Shown here piece by piece: positions 11,700 through 20,000 of a DNA stretch of 20,000 nt. How positions within the stretch are numbered: position 1 is the stretch's first letter; each line of letters begins with the position of its first letter. This DNA comes from Psammoneis japonica (taxonomy: Eukaryota): assembly GCA_008632985.1 (NCBI GenBank), contig QPGO01000272.1, forward strand, positions 59,898 through 79,897. Direction: 5' to 3'. The notes under the pieces are model-generated. The model had not been told where the DNA came from. It worked only from the letters and a program-made list of their open reading frames with translations, and did no database searches. The translations under genes and the position numbers were made by a program.

Positions 11700-12540
11700 T
11701 GTTAAGGTCATCCTCTGGCACAGCCCGCGCATCCTTCCGAATGATGAGTCTGCCTGATTCGCGCAGGACAATGAATGCCATGTCGTCAGTGCAGTTGTTG
11801 GCCACTCCGAGCCAACATCTGATGCACTTTTTTCATGTGGGAACTCCACCACAGGCATGTGACAGCAGAGAGGTTGATGCCAATCAAAAGGAGAGAGGGA
11901 TGAGATGTCAGGTGTCGAGCCTGTCACCTCCTCCTCTGGGACTCGTCCTCCCACATCTGACATGCCAGTTGCAATCATGTGTTGGATGTTGCATGTGCAC
12001 TTGGCACTGCAGGAGCACAGTCACCCGTGAGTGCCAGTCCAGTGCAGAGTCATGCGGACCCTCTTCTTCAACTCACAAATGGATGCCTTGGCCAGGTTCT
12101 GCCACGGGCTGTGCAGGGTGGACACTTCCTGATGTGTCCTGTGCTCCTTGCAAATGTCCTTGGTCTGGCCTTCTGCCATTTCTGGCACACCATCCGAAAC
12201 AAGGGTTTGTGGCACTCCAACATCATGTGTGAATGACATGACGGCATCCAGGTGGTCCTGTTTCCTCTTCCAAGGACAGAACCCATCATGCCCTCTTCCA
12301 TTGGCAAATGCACCCTGTCTTGCCATGTGTTGATTTGACCTTCGAAAACATCTGGTCAGAGCAGAAGCATCCCTTGACAGCAGGGAACTTGAGCCATGGG
12401 GCCTTCTTCCAAACTTTCCGTTCGGATGGTGTGCAGACATTGCGGACCCTTGTCTGGGTTGTTGCTCTGAGTGTGTTCTTGGCAGCTGTCAGGCCGATGT
12501 TCCACCTCTTAGAGAGTGTCTTGGGTGTGATGGTTGATGC
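11700..12540 (-). pseudogene. Inner copia: integrase
   Basis: TPKTLSKRWNIGLTAAKNTLRATTQ; SDQMFSKVKS; DVGVPQTLVSDGVPEM; HSPWQNLAKASICELKKR; TGSTPDISSLSPFDWHQP. Confidence 0.9.
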
Positions 12541-12849
12541 ATGACTCAAGGTCAACAGTGCATGCATCTGTTTCCGCTCGGCACAATCCGGGTGGACGTC
12601 CAGGTCACACCAGTCATGCAGCCCATCTCCCTCAAGCAATGTCATTGTGGGAGACATTCACCTGAGCAACCAGGCAGTGATGCAGAGAATTGTTGTCATT
12701 GGTGTCCACAATGATGCTCTTGTCGTGATGAGACATTTGGCGCAAACAAATTGAAGCGACACACCTGGTTGTGTCAATCATTGTCAAGTCACCTGTCTGT
12801 CAGGCTTTGCTGATCCTTGGTGCACACTGGCACACACACATGTTCTTCC

Positions 12850-13320
12850 TCCTTTTGTGCCATGGCATCAGTGGAGGGTTCCCATTTGAGGGGTGGTGTG
12901 AGTTCCAATTGGGGGAGGTTCTCCAGATCCTCCTGAGTCGGCTTGTGTGAGTCAAAGACTGAAGCAACACCTCACACGCGCAAGGGCATCCTGATTTTCG
13001 AGTCAGGGAAAGCAACAAAGTGTGTGCTGTTTGGATCAAACTGGTGAGGGGTGTCATGGGCAGTCAGTCCGTTTGCTCACAGTTGGTTGGGGGCACAGCA
13101 GGGTGTTTGTTGTCCTGTCCCTGAAAAATGCAGCCTCGTGGACTGGCAGCAGGCATGGTTGTCCATTGGTTGGATCAACCCACACGGCAGCAGCTGTGCA
13201 AATAGGAACATTCCTCATTGGCGCACACTCTTTGGAGCAAGGATGCAAAATTGGACCCAACAGCACACGCATCTGCGTGCGAGTCCAAGTCATTCATTGC
13301 CTCACCATCTGGATGTCCAG
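12850..13320 (-). pseudogene. Inner copia: aspartic protease region
   Basis: LDSHADACAVGSN at ~13250-13289 is the CoDi LDSHADT active-site motif. Downstream: VPICTAAAVWVDPTNGQPCLLPVHEAAFF..TLLCPQ. Confidence 0.85.
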
Positions 13321-13429
13321 CAGATGACAGAGAGACATGTGTGTCTTTCAAGAATCACCCAGATAAATGCACAGTGCCAGCAGGTTTAGCAACAGCTGGC
13401 TCTGCACCTTTTGGTGCTGGCGCAACTGT

Positions 13430-14860
13430 TCACTCCTCTTTCTGAGGTTTCTCATGGGCGCTGCATCCAAACTGGGCACCTGCACTGGCAGCAGGCTTGG
13501 AATCTGACTCGTCCAAGTCTTTCCATTTGTCAGCAGCTTTGTGTTCAGGCTCAGCAACAGCCACCTTTTTAACAGCATGAGTTTTGGCATTGGCCGACTC
13601 TGTCTCCAAAGACGTGGCAGCTGCCTTGCATTTCTTCTTGGCTTGCTTTGCTTTGCAGAGCTTCTTGACTTGCTCCTTTTCAGGATCATCAAGAGCACTC
13701 CACTCATCAACAGGACAACGACCTGCCCAGATCCTGGGCTTGTCCTTCTCAGGCGGGTGCTTGCCACCAGGGTTTCCACCCCGGTTGTTGCAGTGTTGGA
13801 CGGATGCCACACCGCGAGTGTCGGCATTGTGGTTCTCAGCATTCTCAACCAGAGTTTTCATGCACTGCTGGCATGCTTCGAAATCTGTGAGCTTCGCCGG
13901 GTCGCCATCCACCACACTCTAGCCAGTCTCCAACCTCGGGTCAGAGACACCCTTGAGAAAGTCTGAGACCTTCTTGGTCTTGGCTGCCAGTTCATCCAGC
14001 TCTGACAAGTCATTGTGAGCTTTCTGATGGCGTTGAATGCACTGGTCAAAAGTGAAATGACCCTGTCCGGTGCACTTTTTGCAGCAGCAATCTGTGCACA
14101 GGCATGGTTCTTGCGGGCAGTGGCAGCAGCCAATCCTTCCGCCTGCCTCTTCAGGGCAAAGAAGGCAGTGCGACCATCGCGACTGCAATTGGAAGGTTTG
14201 ACAAAAGCCCGTCCAGTCCTGCCTGTCACCAAGTTCTTCAGGTGATCACACAGACATTGCCTGTCCTGTGCATGTTGTGCTCCTGCAAGTTGGGCAGCAG
14301 CAATGAGGTCTTCGTCAATGGCAGAGCAGGTGGCACCCAACATTTTGGCGGTGACTGCTTTGTGTTCCCCAACGAGGTGGACAATGGGGGACTCCGGCAA
14401 CAGTGCTGTGATGGTGGCACAGTTTGGTCTCCAGTGACTCTTGGAAGGCAGGCCAGTCACACAGATTCTTGAGCTCCACAGCCGTCTTGGTCATCAAGTC
14501 TTCATCCGAATCTGCCAACTTGAGTTGTTCAAATTCTGTGAGACATGCCATCCATGTGCTGACAGTGTTGCCAGCAAAGAGAGCAGGGGTTGGTTCTTGA
14601 TTCCGGGCTCTGTGGCAGCCAACCCATGCACGTGGGGCCTTGAACTTGTGATTCGCCAGGTGTGGAAATCGGACTTGAGGGTTGGCGGTGGCATCCACAC
14701 CTTTCATGACACTCTCAGTTGTTGCAGTGATTTCTGCCAAAGGGACATGTTCCAGATCCTGAACAGTGGCAAAGCCTTGACCGGCTGCACAGGCACGCAT
14801 CTGCACATTGCATCCACAATGCGCAAGACTTGCAGCAAAGGCTGCGGCAGCAGCCATTGT
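13430..14860 (-). pseudogene. Inner copia: gag (frameshifted)
   Basis: Position between PBS and PR. Motifs: DWPAFQESLET, RDGRTAFFALKRQAEG, FTFDQCIQRHQKAHNDL, KVSDFLKGVSDPRL, DFEACQQCM, EWSAL..EKEQV. Confidence 0.85.
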
Positions 14861-15365
14861 GCATCAATCGTTGTTTGCATTTTGACGTGTGAGCATCCAC
14901 TTGAGCAGTGGAGATTTGTGAGAAAATGTGTGGTTCTCATGCTGATTTGGCAGTTTCTGCCAAACAAACCAGTGAGCAGGCGAGGTCACAACCAAGCAAC
15001 AATTTCTGACAGACATGTGTTGACATGCACAGTGTCCAAGCAGTTTGACAACATGCTTTGATCAATCAAATGTGTGCAGTCAAACAACAGACCTCAACAC
15101 ACAAACCACAATGTTGTCCATGCCACCAATGTTTGTGTGTCTTAGCCTGCATGTTGTCCACTGATGTCATGTTTGACGGATCACAGATCTGGTCTCCAAG
15201 AGCATGTCGTTCACATCTGCAAATGTTGACACACGCACAAAAGACTCAGCAATCACACAAGCAACCATGGGACCAACATGGCACTTGCCACAAAAATTGA
15301 TCAATCGCAATGACACCGTTGTGCCATTCATGATGCCCATTCCAGGCGTTGAACATCACAGCGCA

Positions 15366-15380
15366 TTGGCTCTGATGAAG
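15366..15380 (-). promoter_or_regulatory. tRNA-iMet-like primer binding site of the inner copia
   Basis: The minus strand reads CTTCATCAGAGCCAA directly after the LTR end, compared with the canonical TGGTATCAGAGCCA. Confidence 0.7.
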
Positions 15381-15667
15381 TGAACAAATGCCAGGAACAG
15401 TTTTCGGTCTGGCCAGGTGGAGGTGCCTGGTCTTGTGCCTGTGACTGCAGGTGCGCCAGGATGTTCAGACACACCAACAGCTGAGACACACGGTTGGTGA
15501 GACTCAAATGAACAAATGCTGATGTGCTGTCACAAATGCAGGCAGTTTATGTGCTGTTGGCGATTGGTCCACTGTCGCTCATTTGGCAGACCCAGCAGTG
15601 CAACATCTCACAATTCTAGAACCTGTTGATGATGTTCAACACTCTGTCTTGTCTTGCACCCAGTTCT
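15381..15667. repeat. 5' LTR of the inner copia plus a host-LTR segment, rearranged by a ~275-bp inversion
   Basis: 15381-15393 is the LTR edge in direct orientation. 15394-15508 is the reverse complement of 8050-8160. 15509-15667 is the reverse complement of 9035-9193. Confidence 0.85.
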
Positions 15668-15785
15668 CAGGGGCACCTGAAATGGTCTCTGCATGGAGAC
15701 TTGTCTGCCATGCAAACAGCAGCAAGGTGTCGCACCAGGTCTGGGCTGCAGCTCTGCTTGCCGTGTTCACCTGACGTCGTCAACG

Positions 15786-16183
15786 GACGGGTTCCAATCC
15801 TGGGTGGGACTTTTTGTGACATTGGGCGCGCAGAATTCCACGTGCGAGCTCCGCAGCAAAATTGTCAAGCAATGAAAATGTGAACAATCGCTGACAGAAA
15901 TAGAGGCAATTTTATGAACGTGTCTCCTCCTCCAAATTTGAAGCACGTCATTTGCAGTTTGCCCGGGTGTGTTCTTTGGACATTAAAGAATGTGCCCCAG
16001 CGCATTTTTGTTGTCACAAATGCAGAAAACAGAAAGCCTTTGGCTTCGCAAAAGAGGCAGTGTGGAACAATTTTTTACAATGGAACACGCAGAAATGCAT
16101 GTGCAAAAACATGCGATGGACAACAAAATGCAATTGTGTCACAGTCCAGCAGTGCGAGGTCCCACCTGGAGCTGGAACGCGTC
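15786..16183. mobile_element. GAC..GTC MITE copy 1 (398 bp, 4-bp TSD AACG)
   Basis: TIRs gacgggttccaatcctgggtgggac / gtcccacctggagctggaacgcgtc. aacg lies at 15782-15785 and 16184-16187. The element is absent from the 5' LTR. Confidence 0.85.
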
Positions 16184-16240
16184 AACGCTTGAATGATGGA
16201 GACAGAGCAAGAGTGAGTCATTCTTGCTCAAATCCTGTCA

Positions 16241-16506
16241 CCCAGGTTCATTGTCCCACTGAGTTTTAGCCCAATGTTGAGGGCTCAGCAACCTGTCCTT
16301 CCCACTTGGCATGCAGAATGAATGTGGCATCTTGAGCTTGTGCGCTCTGCTTTCATTGCTCCACCTCCACAGCAGGGTGGTGCCAACCTTGACTCTGGTT
16401 GTTTGTGAACCTCCAAAGCCCTTTGTAGTTCTGTTGCAATCTTGCACTTCGCCAATGAAGTCTTTTGCACAATCGGACACACAACCTGCAGCCCAATTGT
16501 CAGCTC
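16241..16506 (-). pseudogene. Outer copia: protease core
   Basis: ADNWAAGCVSDCAKDFIGEV..TKGFGGS..VGT..LWRW..PHSFCMPSGKDRLLSPQHWAK matches CoDi DN.AS.CIS..DF..IKGFGG..RLLSPQHWA. Confidence 0.9.
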
Positions 16507-17420
16507 GACACCCGTTCCAGATCTGGGTGGGACCTCGCACTGCTGAGCTGTGACATCGACAGTTTTTTGAGTCTTGTCGCATGTCGCGCACGTGGATTTC
16601 TACGTGATTTTTTTGATGTTTTGTGTCATTTTTCGGCAAGGGCTGAGATGAGCGTGCGGATGCAGGAAGTGGTCAGTCCCGCATGCTCGTGACTCAGCAC
16701 TTTCCCACAGTGAAAATTGTGCAGAGATCCGAAGATGACAAAAATGGTCCGACAACTTCTGGTGACAACAACGTCAACTGCATGCAGCGCACATTCGTTG
16801 TTCTTTGACATGTGAATGAACCACTTTGAGCGTCAGATGCAGTCACTTTGACGAACTTCGCCAAAATGACTCTTGGCGCTGCTTTGCGTGCAAAGCTGCG
16901 GTGCTCCGCACGACTCGTCTTTCGTTCGGAGCACCTTCCAATTCGTCAAAGCAGCTGCATCTAACACTTGAAGTGGTTCATTCACACATTAAAGAACATT
17001 GAATGTACATTGCATGCAGTTGATGTTGTTGTTGGCGGAAGTTGTCGGACCGTTTTTGTCATCTTCGGATTTCTGCGCAATTTTCACCGCAGGAAAGCAC
17101 TGAGTCACGAGTGGGCGGGACTGACCACTTCACATTTACGCGCGCTCATCTGAGCCCTTGCACTTGTTGAGCGATCCGTCTGACAACTTTTGACATTTTT
17201 TGTTGCAGCGCGATTCTACAATGTCTTGAGAATCGCGCAGGGCAGGCGAAGTTGCAAAAACATCGAGTGGCAAGAGGCGTGATTGTGCCACAAACTTGGC
17301 CGTTCATTTGATGTTGAAGACAAACGCATCCATCAATTAAATTCTCGCACTGCGGAGCTCGCACGCAGAATTCTGCGGGCCCAATGTCACACGGAGTCCC
17401 ACCTGGGGCTGGAACGAGTC
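16507..17420. mobile_element. GAC..GTC MITE copy 2 (opposite orientation, 4-bp TSD GCTC), containing a foldback insertion
   Basis: Both ends match copy 1. gctc lies at 16503-16506 and 17421-17424. Removing the element restores the frame TFDTDSRPVGADNWAAGC. Confidence 0.88.
16636..17161. mobile_element. Foldback / long-TIR MITE (arms ~220 bp, spacer ~85 bp)
   Basis: 16636-~16856 is an imperfect reverse complement of ~16942-17161 (GCAAGGGCT...AGCCCTTGC). No convincing TSD. Confidence 0.85.
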
Positions 17421-17989
17421 GCTCCGACTGGTCTAGAGTCAGTGTCAAAAGTCACCGTGTGTTCCAAGATGCTCTTGTGTTGAGCCTGCCTTGCCACCAC
17501 AACCCAAGCTGATGCTGCAGCACAACATTGTGGTCACTTGGGGCCCTTCAGCTTGTCCATGGACTGGCAGAGTCTTTGGATTCTCCCTCTTCTGGATGAG
17601 TCGGTGTTGGTGTCCATCACTTCAATGGAGCATGTGACTCATTCTCTGATGTTGCACAATGTGTTGGTCAAATGGTGCCAACCAGAGCGCAGCCTGTGCC
17701 ATTGCTTGCACTTGAGTGCACAGTGTGGTGGATGTCCTGGGTTGTCCTTGCAGTGGGGCGACAAGCTGATGACAAGGATTGCAGCTGAAAGACTGCAATG
17801 AGCACAGGCCATTGAACAGCCTGCAATGATCAGTGTCAGAACTGTGGTTGTGCAGTTGCAAGCTGTTGCACACCATGCAAATGCAGCAGTTGCTTTTAAA
17901 AAAGTGCAGCACAACATCACAAGGTTTCCAGCTGCATTTCCATCTTGCACGTGATTGCAGCAGTTGCAACCGTGGCCGCGCTCTGAGAG

Positions 17990-19250
17990 TCACTCAGAAT
18001 CTTTGTTCGATCCTTCCTTGTTGACAACTGCCTTGCAAGCCTTTGCAAGCTTGAGACATCTCTTGTCATTGTGCTTGTGGCCAAACTTCTCATCCCATCC
18101 ATTGCCGCTCTTGTCTTTGGCTGGCCTTTTCTTGTTGTGCCACTCCGGGTCACATGTGCAATTCTCTGGAGTGTGCTTGTGCCACTTGCCAGGGCATTTG
18201 CCTTCAAGGTCCTTGTGGCAGTGAGCACTCCATTCCAACACTTTGGCTTGGGGATCACATCCTTGGCTGGGTGCAAGTTGTCCTTCATCCACCTGGACAT
18301 GCCCACCTTGTCACCATCTTTTCCCTTTGCCACGCTTGGGGTCATTTTGGTTGTTTCTGGCATTGTCCTTCTTGGCCAGCTTTTTGACTCTTTCTCACTC
18401 AGCACACTCCACTTCTTCTTCTAAACCAAGTTCTTGCACTTGCTGTTTGCAAGCATCATGAGGTGAGCTGGCATGATGTCCTTGCCATCCTCATGTTCCT
18501 CTCTTGCTTGTTTCCAATGTGCTTCACAAAGCTCTTGTCTGAAGCAGCCAAATGCCCTTTGAACAGATTTGTCAGAAGGTCTTGTTCCGTGGTTTTGCTT
18601 TGAGACCTCAAAACTGAAAGGAGGAGAGCCACACACTGATTGAACTTTTGCTGTGTCATGACCAACTGCAGGCAAGCATTGGTCAAGCTCCGCGAGTTTT
18701 GTGCGGACATTGCTCGTGGTCCCGTTCATGTTGAGGAGCGACTCTTGAATGTGATGACCTTGAGAACAAGCAGACAACCAGAAATCTTGTCTCCAATCTT
18801 GTGTGACTTGTCATGGATGCACACCTTGTCCTTTCCACTTTTGGAGATTGAATTGACAAGACAGTGTCCATGCATGGCAGTGTCTTGGGCTGCACAACAA
18901 CGGCTCACAATGCACAACTCCTTGTGTTTTTTGTGTGTGCCCCAAGCTGATCTCACCACAGCTGGTGAGCAGGTTCAAGTGCATTGCACTGGGATCATCA
19001 AGGTCTTTGGGTGTCATGAGAATTCCTGTGACCGGGTCATTCCATCTGAGCAAGCTGGCCCTGTTCTTTTTGACCTTCTTGAGGAACTGAAAGAGTTTGC
19101 CTGGAGTGCTGTCGAGCGCATCTCTCCACTCAGCTCTTCCAAACCAGTTTGGAAGTGTCTTTGTCCAGCACTCTTGTGAAAGTCCAACACTCTTGCAATC
19201 ACCTGAGCTGGAGTCAGAGCAAGTGCAATGTCCTCATCAGAGATGAGGAG
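17990..19250 (-). pseudogene. Outer copia: gag (frameshifted)
   Basis: ALTPAQVIARVLDF; NLLTSCGEISL; AAQDTAM..CLVNSISKSGKDKV; SGCLLVLKVI; VRTKLAELD; DLLTNLFKGHLAASDKSF; zinc-knuckle-like GKCPGKWHKHTPENC. Confidence 0.9.
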
Positions 19251-19321
19251 GACAAGGATGATGGTGCACTTGAAGCACCCGGCGTGTCGTTTCTTGTCTT
19301 TGGCACAGAGGAAGTGTGTGC

Positions 19322-19466
19322 CACCATGACATCCAGGAGCAAAGTCAACAAACAAAGGAGCATGATGGAGACCAAAGGACATCATGATGACTCCAGGCGC
19401 CAGTGTTGCAGTGACCAAATTGAAATTGTGAGGAGAGGAAGTTCATTGCATCTTCTCTTTGAGGTG
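19322..19466. repeat. Direct repeat copy B; candidate 5' LTR remnant of the outer copia
   Basis: Matches 5657-5802 and lies just upstream of gag on the minus strand. No clear PBS. Confidence 0.6.
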
Positions 19467-20000
19467 GGGGGGCAAAAGCACAAAACATGCGCAGAAATCC
19501 CCGCACAGTGACAGACTGCCACTGCGATTCTTGCTGCACTGCGATGATGGTGGCGACACCCAAAATGGCGCGTTGTTGCAAAATGTGAAATGTTCTGGGA
19601 GGTGCAAGAAAAATCGAAATCTTCATTTTTCCTCATTTTCTCCCTCTTTTTCAACACCTCACGGCGTGCCTTTTTGTGCATTGTCTTGTGGCAAACAGTG
19701 AGCAGCAAAGCACGATGCAAGTGAACCGACAGCTGCTGTCCTGAAATCCATTCTGACCCTGCTGCACTGTCCTCTGGGATGACTTTCTGGAGTTGACAAT
19801 CCACTGTGGCTTTGGGTTGGGGCACTGACATGGCAAGTTTGTGCTTCTGTGCATCTTGTGTTTGATGTTTTTTGTTCTTGCCATGTGCTTGCTGCGTGCC
19901 ACCGCGACAGCGGGGAGGGTGCAGAAGTTGTCGTCACCACAGGTGGATTGAGTTTCTGCTGCGGAGCTGTTGGGGTTCTCATTGCAGTCAAAAATTTTCT

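Larger units (their letters stand above)
9010..15667 (-). mobile_element. Inner near-complete degenerate Ty1/copia LTR retrotransposon (second CoDi lineage), with its 5' LTR partly inverted
   Basis: LTR-PBS-gag-PR-IN-RT-RH-PPT-LTR are all identifiable on the minus strand. TTTG is duplicated at 9006-9009 and, inverted, at 15505-15508. Confidence 0.93.
7861..16240 (+). mobile_element. Short non-autonomous LTR element (TRIM-like or internally deleted copia) with 5-bp TSD CCCAG; its 3' LTR is expanded by three insertions
   Basis: Starts TGACAGAAAT at 7861 and ends AATCCTGTCA at 16240. cccag lies at 7856-7860 and 16241-16245. The 5' LTR is 7861-~8366, followed by ~185 bp of internal sequence and a PPT-like GAGGAG before the 3' LTR at 8552. 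Confidence 0.88.
5657..19466 (-). mobile_element. Outer degenerate Ty1/copia LTR retrotransposon (CoDi-like), interrupted by nested insertions; most of RT and RNase H missing
   Basis: Copia domain order on the minus strand: gag (19250-17990), PR (17460-16241, continuing at 7860), IN (7343-6650), RT N-terminus (6631-6323). The reading frame rejoins across both insertions. Outer bounds rest on the candidate LTR pair and are uncertain. Confidence 0.85.

Noticed and set aside
9010..15667. ADAR/APOBEC-type editing during retrotransposition
   Set aside because: Changes occur on both strands, differ between paired LTRs and affect DNA MITEs; TAG context is relatively spared.
9035..15667. Inverted ~160-bp terminal repeats, suggesting a DIRS or TIR element carrying RT
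   Set aside because: Explained by the local inversion of a normal copia 5' LTR; the direct-orientation LTR edge and PBS remain at 15366-15393.
126..19991. Dense overlapping six-frame ORFs rich in Cys, His and Gln, suggesting novel small or metal-binding proteins
   Set aside because: These are artefacts of TA loss: TAA/TAG stops and Tyr codons are erased and TG/CA codons inflated. The recognisable ORFs are frameshifted TE fragments.
1..20000. Fungal RIP or CpG deamination alone as the cause of the TG/CA excess
   Set aside because: RIP increases TpA, and CpG decay cannot convert TAY codons to CAY/TGY. CpG decay is present but only as a second component.
1..20000. Prokaryotic systems (CRISPR array, retron, DGR) or RNA genes
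   Set aside because: No regularly spaced repeats, operons or tRNA/rRNA signatures were seen, and the RT is of copia type.
19467..20000. Possible start of another element after the G-run at 19466-19472
   Set aside because: No partner terminus or protein motif is visible within the window.

Overview
Eukaryotic, gene-free repeat region made of decayed, nested transposable elements. The protein remnants resemble diatom Ty1/copia (CoDi) retrotransposons, so a diatom or other stramenopile host is inferred. An outer minus-strand copia (~5657-19466) is split by a short plus-strand LTR element (7861-16240, TSD CCCAG). The 3' LTR of that short element holds three further insertions: a MITE, a near-complete second copia (9010-15667) and a GAC..GTC MITE. 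A second GAC..GTC MITE, containing a ~525-bp foldback, interrupts the outer protease. Two isolated copia RNase H remnants lie at 851-1128 and 2680-3004. No intact gene is supportable. The most striking signal is near-total loss of TpA: about 60 by hand count in 20 kb, against over 1000 expected. Conserved Tyr codons read His or Cys, and surviving TpA sites sit mostly in YTAR context. This suggests a strand-symmetric A:T->G:C hypermutation of repeats at TA(Y), opposite in direction to fungal RIP.
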